Shown one piece after another: positions 23,834-36,916 of a DNA stretch of 64,000 bases. Positions within the stretch are counted from its first letter, which is position 1. Each line of letters opens with the position of its first letter. The DNA comes from Octopus bimaculoides. Its lineage: Eukaryota. The notes below the pieces were generated by a model, which saw only the letters and a program-made list of their open reading frames with translations, did no database searches and was not told where the DNA came from. A program made the position numbers and the translations under genes. Where the stretch lies: assembly GCF_001194135.2 (NCBI RefSeq), contig NC_068998.1, positions 54,856,534 through 54,920,533 on the forward strand, read 5' to 3'.

Positions 23834-23913
23834 ATGTCTGTACTGAAGTTACCATATGATGGCTATGAAGAAGACGTTTCAAAAGAAAGCAATGATTTGA
23901 CAGTGGACTCTGG
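23834..23913 (+). CDS. HMG20A: HMG20A first coding segment ([27 protein letters not shown])
   Basis: ATG at 23834; GG|GTAGGG donor (phase 2); acceptors at 23738 or 23747 upstream; [10 protein letters not shown] motif. Confidence 0.8.
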
Positions 23914-26416
23914 GTAGGGATATTTCTATATCTAACGGAAACTGTAAATTTTTAATCAACGTACCTTAACTGTGCAGAGTGAATGAAGTTCTATTTCCCT
24001 ATGAAAAAGAAACATTTCCAAATGTATCCTATTCTTTTAGGTAGCTAATGGGAAAGGATTCTGATCAATATTAAGAGATGCATGGAAGCTGTGTGGTTAA
24101 GCTACCTGAATTCCTATGCTACAGGTTCAAATTCCCACTATGCTTTTTGTGAATTCAACACCTTCAATGACCTCATTCTCTATTTGAGGTTTTTTTTATC
24201 TTCAAATAGTTTCTTTCATAATGGTAGTTTTGCACCTGTTTATGTCATATCTTATCCCAAATAAAGTAAAATTGTTGTTTTGAAAAAATAACATTTCTTC
24301 CCTATTTTAAGACTATGCTAATAGATTGGTTAAAATAATGTTGATCTTTTAACTCAAGTCCGAGAAACTCCTAATGAATTTTTTCAAATCATATCTATAC
24401 AACCACATGAAAACTATGTAACAAATATGGGCTCCATGTATTTTAATGTTTGATGGCCGGGATGCTTGCTCTACCCTCAGATTTCAATAGTTACACTCTG
24501 TTGTGTGTTCATCGTCTTAACCCTTGTCTCTTTTTAAATGCTTGAGATAAACTGTTGTCTTTGAATTTTGTAATGCATGGATTTTGCATGTCTTAAAGTT
24601 GCTATTAACAATAAGAAAATGATTTATTAATAAATATAAAAACAGTTGGGAAATCTTATTGAAAATTTCCATTTTGTTTTGCCCAAATATCTTAACATAT
24701 CTTCTCGCCTAATTTAAATATGTGAGTACAATATCTTAATTATTCAGCAATCACATGATTTATTGAAGTATTTTGTATAAATTGGTTTGAAGAGCTGAAT
24801 CCTTTTTTCAAAATGTGCAACTCCGTTTTAATCTGTCGGATGTCTCAATACCATCTACTGAACGGATGGAAAGGATGAAGGACGTATCCAATCATCCTGA
24901 ATATGCAGTATTCCTGGGCACAGAAATACTAAATGGTCATGGTTGGAAGACTCTTGATCATAGAGCTGCCCCGTCAGATGACCTTGGACTAAATGATAAC
25001 CATTTGTACAAGCCTCCCCTCTCTGTTTCATTTACTGAAGGACTCTACACACGTATATATGTAATAGTTGGGGGTGATGCCAGATATGGCCATATTACTT
25101 CTACCATTACATGGATTACGTATGTAGAGATTATAGTTTCTATGCTAATAGTTTGTCTTTAACAAAACAAATCAACCCATTTATATATAATGGTAAAATA
25201 AACATTAAATAATGATGTTAATTAATGATTGCTTCATAATTGTGTACGGAAGTAATATAAATTCAAAATAACTACTTTCTAATTAACTTTTGTAATTTAA
25301 TTTGTAGGTGACTTGTAAAATAGTCTAGAATTGTAATTACTGTAGTAATCTGTAATTACAAGCTTTTAAAATCATAATATTGAGAATATATTAATATAAT
25401 CCAGCTTAAACACCTAGAGACAGTTTCTGGCAATATTTACTCCTTATAAGTAACAATAATAGCAAAGTGGTTAGAACGAGTTGGCTTCTGGTCAGAAGAG
25501 TCTTCCACTAGTACGGCTGACCTCTGATCTGAGTAAAGTACTGAGTTATTCTGGTCAGCAGTTCAGAACAGGGAAGATCAACTCTGTGGAGGTGTGACCT
25601 TAACCCTTTAAGCATTCAGAAAACTCTTGTGAAATGTTATACTTATTTATTCACCATGCATTATTTCCCCACTTTCAGATTTCAATGATGTAATTGTTTA
25701 TTTTGATGATATCATTGTAGGGTAGGTGTGAGAGGTTAAATCTGGCTAATTTGAACACAAAACAGGTAGAATATTTGGGCCTGATGTGGCCAGTTTAAAT
25801 GCCAAAGGGTTAATAGTGATGTCACTATTCTCATTTCATACATGTTGTTACCTATTCAACATTTTGGTGTTTCCGTTTTGCCTGTTTCCATTGAGTTTTT
25901 TTAATATTTTTGTCTTTGTAATCCTTGTATTTTTTTTCCCCTATAAAATGTGAATATTTTGTGGATTTCCTTCAGCACAAACTCTCATCTTTGTAGGAAA
26001 TTTTGAAGTGAATTGAGACTGGTAAGAATCTAAATGCTGAAGCAAAGGAATGTATATGCAAAAGTGGTTTTTATTCATAACTTGAAATTAGTTTTACACA
26101 CACACACACAGCAGGGGAATGGTTAAGGGATATATAGTCTCAGACCCTACAACTGCCAGTGTATTAGTGTTTGGGGTTTTTTAAAACTTATTTGCTTGAA
26201 TAAATGAAAATCAGTTAGTATGTTGTAAGGTTGAACTATTTTCACCAAAGCTGTAGTTTATGATTTCATCGGATCATTTTTAGGAATCAGTTTTTCACTA
26301 AAAGGCTCAATAAGCTTCAGATTTTTCTCCATTTTACAGATTTATCTTGCAAAAGCTTTCAAGGAATTTTGAATAATTTACATCAACTTCAAGAATCTAG
26401 ACTCGGCTGGAGACAG

Positions 26417-26454
<38 letters not shown>

Positions 26455-27799
26455 ATGATGCTGTGTATAATAAATACCTATAACATGGCTGGGTCTTACA
26501 TATGTAATTTGAATTGCAAATTTTCACTACTTGTAATTAAGTTATTTCCTTTATTTTAGTTTTTAAATGCTGTTAGAGGGAGTTTTGTCTATTAATAGCA
26601 TGGGTAACCTCATTTCAAGACATATGTGAGATCCCATCATATTTGAATTTAGTGTGCAAAATACTCCCCTGATTTATTCTTCATGAGTCATGTTGTTAAC
26701 ATTGTTTATAAAGCTTTTGTTATGAACTCTGCATTCATTTAGTTTAGTTTGAATCTTTATAACTGTCTCCTCCTCTCTACACATTGATCACTGTCTTTTT
26801 AGATTCCAAGTTGCCCAATTCATATACCCAACAAACCATGTTCTATGTAACCCTTTTCACCATGCAGCTTTCCTTATAGTATCATAACTGGAATTATATT
26901 GAATTGAATGAACTTATTGTCCATGATATTTAGGTTTCAGTTGATGAGATGAAATTTAATGCTTGAACTTCACTAAATGACCATGATGATGTTTGGGATT
27001 GTTTTAAATATAATTTGATGAGTTGGACCAATGAATTAATTTAGAGTGTCATGTGGCCTTTTTTTTTTCAATGTCTCTATTTCAAAGTCAAAATATTATT
27101 GCTTTCTTTATAAAAAAAAAAAATTATAAATTTTTCTTTATTCTCTTGTTTCCAGACATAATTCAGAACCTGGATTCAATTCTGAAAGTAGACAGGAATT
27201 GACAACTCAAGGTAAATGCAATTCTGTTCCGTAAGATACCTGTCCATTTATTTATTGGAGAACAGCAGCCAAAAAAGTGAACTGAACAAATATATATATT
27301 TAAAAAAATAATCTATTATAATAATGAACTCGTTTGTGAGTTTGTCCAAAATCATGCAATAAAGAAGTAATGTTATACTTCTTTCAGTTTTTCCCAATGC
27401 ATCAATTCAATATACCTCTAAATAGATATGGAGCAGCCCTCCAAACTCTTGGTTATTTTAAGAACTATGGCTCTGAGTATTGAGAGTATAATTGTTCATG
27501 TAAGTTAATGTGTTCTCTCATCACATTAGTGACTGTAAAATATTTAAAAAATACAATATTGCTTATCTCTACTGTCTTTGTTGCTAATTACTAACCAGTA
27601 ATTTTGCTGGTATTGTAGATCAATTATTCTACAACAAAAAAATGTTATTTCATGCATAAAATTTTTTAATAATTTGAATAATCAGTTGAACTGTGAATTA
27701 GAGAAAAGATGCAAAATTGCTTTTTATACAGTGAAGCTCTAAAGTCTTGATATAATTTATTTTAACCTTTTGTTTTGTTTGAAAATTAAGATTGAATTC

Positions 27800-27831
<32 letters not shown>

Positions 27832-30800
27832 ATATAGCTGTACAACTCTGAGACCTTTTTTTTCCCCTCCTAGCTAGTATTTTTTAGTAAGAGTAGCTGC
27901 TAGTCATGTCCCTAAATTTTTCCCACAGAATCTTATTTATTAACCCTTAAAGAACAGAAAGCAAGTTAACCCCATTGAAATTTCAACTCACAGCTATGAA
28001 GATATGACAAATGCTCACAGCTAGTGCCATTGAAAACCCAACTATGTTCTAACCAAATCACAGAGTACCATTAGAAGATGGTCTCACCAATGTGGTTTGA
28101 ACACTTGATCTGTAGATTTAGCATCCAAAAGAATTAGGGTAGTTTTAAGTATCCTGTTTTTAAAACTTCTTTCCACAATTTAATGATTCAAAATAATATA
28201 GATGTATATTAACTTATGTGTGTATATGTATTAGATAAACTGCAGAGTTGTAAAGCATTTCACTTTTAAATATAGTTTCGAATATAGTTTGTGCTCTTCT
28301 AATAAGTATATGGTGTTACTGATTGAAAATATTGTATTTGCTATTTTATAGCCATGCTTCAGAAAGATGAGAGCCAACTGGGACCTGACATGCAGGATTC
28401 TCATGACGTAAGAATTTTTTAATAATGCTATAAAATAGATTCTTACATAAAAACTCAGTACTCTAATTTATGGTTTGACAGTCAATGTTTCTGTGGAACA
28501 CTTAGTTTATTGGTTGCTTATAAACTGGATTTATATCTATATCAACATTTTCAAGAATAACACACACAAAAATAGAAAAGAATATGTTGACCAAAACATT
28601 ACAGAAAATAAACTTTGTTGAATACCCTGTATAGATATAGCTTTGAGTTAGCTGTTAAGGTTTAACACTCTGTTACTGCTAATATAGTCTATTTAAGTGA
28701 AGCATTAAATTGTGTGTGGTTGAACCTCAGTACAAAATGCATATAATTCCATTTTGTGATAGAACGCTTAGTAAATGGAAAGGCTGATCCAACCCCTGTC
28801 CTTATGCAAAGAACATCAATAAACAACATATTTGCAGAATCATTCAGTTATACCAGCATAAATATTGGATGTAAAATGGAAAACAAAACCCCAACATCTG
28901 TATATTGACTTGTCTCACATTCATGGCAAAACATAAAAGATGATGTTGATTTAGATTTACTATTGTGAAGTCCTTTGATACCTGTGGATTAAAAGCATAC
29001 CACCACATCTGTATATGTGCGTATGGCACTTCCATGGAGTTGTTTCCATTTAGTGTTTCAATTTCATTCAGGAGGCATCCGTTAACCAACAGAAGACACC
29101 TCAGTTGCAATACAATAGGACTCAACTTGGAACCATGTGTTTGCCCAAGCAACCTCATAACTCTACATCCTTTACCAGCAGCCTGTCGAAACTAAACCAC
29201 ATCAACTATTCAGTCTTGTACGTTGTTTCTGCTAACTTGCTACTCTCATATCTAGATATCCTATTATTATCGTTATTGATACCTTAATTCTCCTAAATTA
29301 TTCACATTAAGCATGTTAATTTATTCTTTGTTAATTTTGCTTTTATTTCAGCAAAAGAAAAAACCTGGTTGGACTAAAGGTAAAAAAAGGAAAGCAACAA
29401 TGAAAGATAAAAATGCTCCAAAGCAGCCTTTAACTGGTTATGTACGTTTTTTAAATGAGCGACGAGAAAAGTTGCGCCAGGAGAATCCAAATCTCTCATT
29501 TTCTGAAATAACCAGACAGCTTGGTGGTGAATGGTCTAAATTGGCACCACGAGAAAAACAGGTAATCCATTTGATTATCTTTTTTTTTTTTTAAATTAAT
29601 TATTCAATTCTGTTGTGACAAATCTTGTTTTATGTCAGTAATGGTCGACTGATTGAATTAAATCTATTTTCACCCAACATCTTTGTAAAACTCAACAACC
29701 AATAGTTTTATGCTTCTAATTTTTTTCTTAATGTGGGTTGTTCCAGTTTGTTTTAAAGCAAATAGAAAACTGTCAAATTGGTTTATCATCCTATATATTA
29801 ATATTGTTTTATTGCATTTCATTGCTAACCACAATTGCATGCTTTTATCAGTGTCAGTAAATAAAGAAAATTGTACCAAAACAGAACATTTCTCTCGATA
29901 TCAGAGTTCCATAGTTCCTCGTGCTTATTGGTTTCTTTTCTTTACAGCGATACCTTGACGATGCAGAGAAGGACAAAGAACGATATTTACGAGATATGGA
30001 AGCTTACCAAAAGACAGATGCATATAAATTATTTAAACTCCAAAAGGAAAAAAAATTAAAAAGTAAGGCAATTTATTTATCCTGGCAGAAGGTAAATTTC
30101 TCAAATATTGTTTCCGAGAACAAAATAAAAATGTTTGGTTAAAAAGTCCTAAATTAGTAAGAAAAATATATTCAAAGCAAACAGAAACAAGAACACTAAT
30201 GAGGCTTGAACCCTATATTGATTGATTACCGTATATTAACAGTTTTGCTAATTGAATGACAGACAGGTGTGTGTGTGTTTTCTTTTACATTATTTTTTCG
30301 TTTTAGGAAAAATAGGATTAGTTTTCACAGGTTTAAAGACAAGATGTGGACTGAGTAACCTTGAACAAAGGGGAGCAGTAACAGAATAAAGGAAAATCAT
30401 TAATCCTTGCAGATTAAACGAAATGTGCCATCCATACTGTAAAGTGACTGGCAATAAATGGGGAAGGGTATCCAGCAAACTTGTCACAACAACAACGATT
30501 GGTGGTTTTTCTTTGTTGTGCATTTCAGATGATGAACAAACATGACAAGTAGGAAGATGGTGTGAAACCTATCCAACTTTATGCTAGCATGGAAAATCAG
30601 ACATAAAAGAATGATGATGATGATGATGATGTGTATTACATCATCTTTAAATTTGCAGCTGGATACCTTTCAATAACCTTTAAAATATGCAAGCTGTTGA
30701 TCAGCCAATCAAACTGATGCAAATAGCTATGTGCCTTACCCAGTGCCCATAATGCAGCAATTGCTATATATTTTTCTATTATATCTCATGTAAATATTCT

Positions 30801-33423
30801 GAAAATAATAATGGATATTCTCCTTAAGTCTTTGAAGAAGAGTTGGTTTAGAATTTATATAATATTCAATAATTTTATAGTTAAAAACATTCCTTGAATG
30901 AAATAATATTGATTAAAAAATAATTTACATGTTGTATACAGCTAACTTGACAAATTAGATCCAAGACCAAGTTTCTGTTGTGATGTCCCCCGGGGAAAGG
31001 TAAACATACCGTTGCTGTCATTGTTCCTTCTCAACACATGAGAATATACAAAAATAAATCATTTTTCTTTTCCAGGTGATATAAGAGAAGATTATGATGG
31101 TCAAAATGGTTCTGCTCTACAGGTAAATACAATTTCATGAAAGTATTTATATGGCTTAGCTTTTAATCCAAGCTGAGTTTGTGTGTGTGTGTTTTGGCAG
31201 TAGACAGATTCCTTTCAACATCAACTTTGTAAGGCTAAAAATTCTACATTAATTCTCGCAGTGTCACTTTTTCTTGTGATTCAACATTAAAAAATGCAGA
31301 AGCATTGAATTTATTCATATCAAGCCTGAGAGAGAGAATTATTAAGCAAAACAAAAGGATGTGAATGCTCTGGAATGTTGTAGTCTATGAAATAGATGTG
31401 ACTTGAGCGATTTATATGAAATGACATATTTTACTGCTCGTTATCAATGTCTAGCACTTTCAGGTGGGGGGCGGGGAGTGGAAAGAAGATACACTTATTT
31501 TTCATTGAAGTAAACGTTGATTAAATAGAATTATTATATTTTCTGGAGTACAGAACAAGAAATGAAGTATTTGCTGATAAGACCAGAGTAAAAAGTCTTG
31601 TAGTTTATCAGTTCCCATGCACCTGTTGTTCGCTGGAATTTATAATAGGCATTTAGTGAACAGCTAAAGGTTATATATTTATTATTTGAAGACTAAATGT
31701 TAATCTTTAATCTTTATCCATTACAGCCTGAAAAGGATGAAGAGGATTATGGAACATTTGATATTCCTGTTTTTACTGAAGAATTTCTGGATCATAATAA
31801 AAGTAATTATTTTAAAATCATATTTCATGAATTCTTAAAAGATCGTCAACATTTGTTCCATTTTGATGTTAAAGAAAATATACAAACATAAAATTACTTT
31901 AAATTTGGTTTGAAGTTTTATTTTGAAATTAATTTCCTTGGTTTTACCTTTTGTTTTCAGCACGTGAACAAGAATTACGGCAGCTACGGAAGCAGACCAC
32001 CGAACTAGAAGAACAAAATGCTATTCTAAGTAAACATATCGAAAACATGAAACATGCTATAGAGAAACTTGAATTGGAAGCTGTACAACAAAGGAACCAC
32101 AATATGGCTCTCCAGTGTCACTTAAATACACTTCGTACAATTTTGACAACTAACTTTGCAAATGTGCGATTGCCAGGTAAGATTCTGTTAGATTTCTTTC
32201 TATTAATTTTGTTTGTTTTCAAGTAAATACCTCAATACTAAAACCTGATGGTCAGGGTGGTGGCAGTATTGTTGTTAAACTGTTTTATATGTAAAGCCTA
32301 ACTTTAATAAATCTTATTTCAAATTAAATACTTTATAAATAAAAATATTTTTACTTCATCATTGCCTAGTTTCAGGTTTGATCTCCCAAAAGCTTGAAAC
32401 TGGAATTTAGGAGAAAATTGTGTGGCCGTCCGTCGAAGGGACAGTTGTTGTTTTTGGATGGTAGATTTAATCCATCATCCACTTCAACACCACCATCTCC
32501 TCTTTCAATACTCTTTCATACAGTCAATTCCGTTGCGTGTCTTTGGCTTACACCTCTGCTCCGTGGGCTTATCCTCTTCTCTCTCACGAAACCATCGTGT
32601 TTCATTCTTGATATGTATTATTTTTAACTTTTAATTGTTTTTGATAAACAACACAATTTATATTATTTCATGCATTTTGATGCAAACTTCTTGAATGTTT
32701 TCTAGTTTTGTCATAATGTTCTTCTGTTGTTTCCAGGTACAAACGAAGTTCCTACACTAGAAACTATTGATTCTTATATGGCAAAATTGCATTGCATCAT
32801 TCTGGAAGCTCCTCAAGAAAATGAAAGCCTCATTGTTACAGTAAGGGAAATTGTTGGAAGACTAAATGTTGACGGGTGAGTTTCTCATTTAGAAAACTAA
32901 AATTATGTCAACTAATTAGAAACATAATGAAAAGGAATAAAGCAAGGGGAAGCTTGATGTGATCCTGAAGAGAGATATTGGTTCAGGTAAAAAAAAAATA
33001 AAGAGACTTTTGACAGAAAATAAGTCAAGAGAAGCATCCAAGCTCGATGAATAGCATAGAATAATCTCCAACACGTATTAGCTTACTTTCATTATAATCT
33101 TGAAACAGATGATTGGGATAAAGAGGTGGAAGACATAATTAAAATTCCCTTAATTTTTTGATAATGTGTATGAGGGTGGGGAGTTGTCTTAAAAGTTTGT
33201 CCTTGTGTCGGTACTTTTGAAATTCTGATTTTATGAATTTGGTATATTTATATAAATAAATAAATAAATAAGCAAAAAAGCAAGACAACAATAGGGAAAC
33301 TAAAGTCCATGCTAGTTCTTCTTGATATCTGGGAAGTTTATACTCTGATATCACAGCTAGATTTGATCTGGTCTGAACAATAATCTATTTTTATTCAACA
33401 ACTTTTCACATACTCTTATCCTT

Positions 33424-33467
<44 letters not shown>

Positions 33468-34910
33468 AGTACATAACTCAGTGTTTATTTCCTTTTACAA
33501 GGTAGTGGGAGATTTGGCTGTTATTTCCAGCAGGTTCAGGTGCCTTCATTGGCTCCTATCAATTCAAAAGTAATTGCAAAGAAGGGGTTTGCTTATTCAA
33601 GCAACTTTTTTTTTTTTTCTGTTCTGTTTCTGAATGTATCAGATTTTGTTGATTGGAGAGGTTTTTCTTTATCTCAGATATTGGTTCTATTGGAACAAAT
33701 ATGAACATTGTGGATAATCCTTACTGATATGATATCAATCATTATTATCGTTTTGATGCCTTTTTTGTCATGCTGGTATGGGTTTCACATGTCCCATGCA
33801 GCATCATACCATCTTGTTTTTTGCTATCCCATATTTGAACTCCCATCTTCCTGACATCTGACTTTACTCCTATTTTCTCATTTCTTGTTCCATTTTTCTG
33901 TGCCACAGGTACATACAACAGTTAGTAACAAGGTAGTTTTCACTCAACACTTGTTGTCCATTCACATCACATGTCCACACCCACTTTCCCTTTCCTTCTG
34001 CTCTGTCTTTTCACATGTTATCTCATCCAATGAGCTTCATTTATTTCTCCCTAGACTTTGCAGTAACCTGATTTCATTTCCAAGTTGCATCACTTCCCTA
34101 ATTACATGGTTAATAAAGTTTGCTTTTCACAAGAGAGAGAGAGAGAAAAACCCTTAACCCCTTCAGCATTTAATCCAGCCATATCCAACCCAAATATTCT
34201 ACCTGTTTATGTTCAAACTGACCAGATCCAGCTCCTCACACCTACCATGCAATGTCATTCTAAAAATAAACTCACATTTTTGAAATCTCTAAGCTACAAA
34301 ATAATACATAATTAATTTTTTTTTACCTGTGAATAAATAAGTAACACATTTGACAGTAATCTGAATGCTGAACAGATGATTGTTGTTTAGCCTCCAACAC
34401 AGCCATAACTGCTCTTTAAACTTCTTTCTTCCTTTTTCCTTCCTGATTTATTATTCTCTTACTTTAACCATTTCCAGCTCTGATTCCATTGTCTGGGTTA
34501 CAGAAAATATGAATTCCATATTCTGGGCTGCTTTGGCTTTCTTTTGCATCTAGCATTTTTGAAATGTTATGAAGAGCTAAATATCATCTGAAGCAATGTT
34601 AATAGGAGGTTGTGTGCTGTAAAGTTTACTAGAAATTGTTTATCTTGTCATGTATGAGAGAATGAAATTATGTATTTACCTGTTCATCAGAAGGATTGTC
34701 TTACTCCTGTGAGAGACTTGCCCATTTATTATAATAAAAGATTATAGAATTAACCAATAATTGTTAATGAGTATAAAAGAGATAGAAAAGAAAACAGTTT
34801 TACTGTTATACCTCTTTTCTTTGTTAACTGATTCTAGTAAAATTTCTTGTAGATTTGATAAAATTGTTCAATGTATTTTATCAATGATGATGGACTTGGC
34901 ATTGTTATAA
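23834..34910 (+). CDS. HMG20A: High mobility group protein 20A-like (HMG box plus C-terminal coiled coil; BHC/CoREST-type subunit), ~350 aa
   Basis: Phase-consistent exons 23834-23913, 27156-27211, 28352-28407, 29352-29561, 29948-30062, 31076-31122, 31727-31802, 31961-32176, 32737-32875, 34853-34910 (1053 nt with stop). Diagnostic motifs: [21 protein letters not shown]...[58 protein letters not shown]-terminal SKESNDL as recalled for human HMG20A. Confidence 0.95.
25604..25809 (+). mobile_element. piggyBac-like MITE (206 bp) with TTAA target duplications
   Basis: TTAA|CCCTTTAAGCATT...AATGCCAAAGGG|TTAA; interior homologous to the copies at 39579 and 34158. Confidence 0.8.
27156..27211 (+). 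CDS. HMG20A: HMG20A exon ([18 protein letters not shown]), phase 2-1
   Basis: Long pyrimidine tract ending TTCCAG; AAG|GTAAAT donor; 56 nt; phases fit neighbours. Confidence 0.8.
28352..28407 (+). CDS. HMG20A: HMG20A exon ([19 protein letters not shown]), phase 1-0
   Basis: TTTATAG acceptor, GTAAGA donor, 56 nt; phases fit. Confidence 0.8.
29352..29561 (+). CDS. HMG20A: HMG20A exon, HMG-box N-terminal part
   Basis: [14 protein letters not shown]...[50 protein letters not shown]; TTTCAG acceptor, CAG|GTAATC donor. Confidence 0.97.
29948..30062 (+). CDS. HMG20A: HMG20A exon, HMG-box C-terminal part
   Basis: [38 protein letters not shown]; TTACAG acceptor, GTAAGG donor. Confidence 0.96.
31076..31122 (+). 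CDS. HMG20A: HMG20A linker exon ([16 protein letters not shown]), phase 1-0
   Basis: Pyrimidine tract ending TTCCAG; CAG|GTAAAT donor; bridges phase 1 to phase 0. Confidence 0.85.
31727..31802 (+). CDS. HMG20A: HMG20A exon ([25 protein letters not shown])
   Basis: HMG20-family FDIP.FTEEFL.H motif; TTACAG acceptor, GTAATT donor. Confidence 0.95.
31961..32176 (+). CDS. HMG20A: HMG20A coiled-coil exon
   Basis: [30 protein letters not shown]...FANVRLP; TTTCAG acceptor, G|GTAAGA donor. Confidence 0.96.
32737..32875 (+). CDS. HMG20A: HMG20A exon ([46 protein letters not shown])
   Basis: Matches the recalled GSGETPTVDTIDSYMNRLHSIILANPQDNENFIATVREVVNRLD; TTCCAG acceptor, GG|GTGAGT donor. Confidence 0.95.
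34158..34375 (-). mobile_element. piggyBac-like MITE, inverted copy with one degenerate end
   Basis: TTAA|CCCCTTCAGCATT start; interior is the reverse complement of the 25604 and 39579 copies. Confidence 0.7.
34853..34910 (+). CDS. HMG20A: Probable HMG20A terminal coding exon ([19 protein letters not shown])
   Basis: Best pyrimidine-rich acceptor I found downstream (TTCTTGTAG), phase 2, TAA at 34908-34910. No homology support. Confidence 0.5.
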
Positions 34911-36910
34911 ATCAAATAGATTTTCTAATAAGGTCAGATAATTTCCAGTTGGAATTATATTCATTTTGGAATTTGTATTAATTTTCTCAGAAAGATTAAA
35001 TTGTTAAAAATTTGACGGGGTTAATTTTATTTTTGCATACCCCTTTTTTTTTTTTTGAATGGCGATGGTAATATAAACTGCTATTTTTATGTTTAATGTT
35101 GCCTGCATTTTAATCACCATTGACTATTAAACAACTCTCTGGACTACAATAAATAGACTAATTGAACTGACATTTTGTAGCATCTTTCTCATGCTTTCTA
35201 GTTTCCAAGCATTTCCAAACAAAATTGATAGAATTTTCTTGCTCCCTGCATTAAATATGTTAACACGAGCTTGACTATTGTTTTTGCTTTGGATGGCCTC
35301 TCTGAGTAATTAACTGCAGTGATACATTTATTACAAATCTCGTGATGTTCCTGTCTACTCCTGTGCATTGTTGTCCATTGACCTGGTGATTCTCAGTTCA
35401 CTATTTCAGTGAGGTGAAGTTGAATCTTTACTGGAGAGGTTTAATAGCATCAAAACATGTCTGAAGTTGTCTCCCTTAGTTGCTGACATGATTGGAATCC
35501 TATTACTAATTGAGCTAATGTTGCACTGTTCAAGTAACCCATCTTTTTTTAGACCAAGACAAAAGAGCAATGTGCATGATAACACTTGCGATCAATTAAG
35601 ATCAGAAGCCATGAAAGCTTAGCGACATCTGACTTTGTTTTGAATTCAAATGCCATTGGGGTCAACTTTACCTTTCATCATTTTGGGGCTGATAAAATAA
35701 GCACCAGTCAAGTACTGGGCTCAATATAATTGCCTTTACCTTCTCCCTGAAATTGGTGACCTTGTGCCAAAATTTATTAATATAAATGGCTTGTAAGCAT
35801 CTTGATGGAGCAGATCTCTCTCTTTTTTAATTATTTCAATATTGAAGAAGTCTGGAGTTTTTTTAGCTTTCTGATCCTGTAGGTTTTTTTTTTTTTTCCT
35901 TTCAATTTGTTGACTTTTTGTTTATTTATTATCTATTTTGTAGTCCATATGCTACCTTCGATTATTTTCTATAACAGAATGATGCATGTTTGTATCTGTG
36001 AAGCTTTTCACTTCAGTTTCGTAAAAAAATGCATCAAAGACCAATAAAGACATTCTGTATTCAGCATGAACAAGGATGCTTTATTTCAGATGACTTAGAA
36101 ACACTGCCTTATCCCTGCCACTTCCCCCCACACACTTTTTTTGCTTCTTTTTGTTTTTATTGATATATCCCAACTCATTAATTGTGGAATTGTCATTTGT
36201 TTACTAATAGAATGAAGTCATCTCTTCCCTCTAATCCGCTGCATTCGTTTTAACACTGTTTTTATTGTTGTTATTGTTCCAATCATTTAATGTTTGTTTT
36301 TGTTTTGTTTTTGTACATATATAGCGTTGCTTTTTTTTCCCTGATGGTCTCTCACTTGTTTGCTTTGGCATTCTTCATTTATTTTCTTTTTTACTTTTTT
36401 TCCAATTTTGAGTGTGTCCTGCTTACACTCAAAACCGGATTCTCTTATCATTTGATGTCCAGTCAAATATCAAAAACAGATCTCACTCGAGGGGCAGCAG
36501 GCTCCATGTGCACAGCCTTTTTTTTGTTTGTTTGTTTTTTGGGGTTTTTTGTTCTGTTTTTCAATCAGAGATTTTTATTTGATTGTTTGTTGGGCCAAAT
36601 GACTGGTTTAGGTTCTGTTTCATGATTCAAATTAATACTCATTTCTTTTTTTAGGAGTATTTCTCATAATCTGACCGTACAGTTTCTTCTGCGTTCATTT
36701 GTCGTATTACAAGATAATCATAATCTTCAGTTACATTTTTATTTTCACCTTTTTTTTTCTGCAAATGTTCTCAATTGTTGAACCCTATCCATTATTCAGA
36801 TTTCAAGACTTCATTTGTTATACAAGGTAAGTTCTGGATCTTTAAACTTCAGAATCATTCAAACCCCATGTCTAAATAACGTTCTATGTTTGAGAAAAAA
36901 ATTTGTTGCA

Positions 36911-36916
36911 AATAAA
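36911..36916 (+). terminator. Candidate distal HMG20A polyadenylation signal (proximal candidates at 35148 and 36043)
   Basis: AATAAA followed by a U/GU-rich tract, downstream of the predicted stop. Confidence 0.35.
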
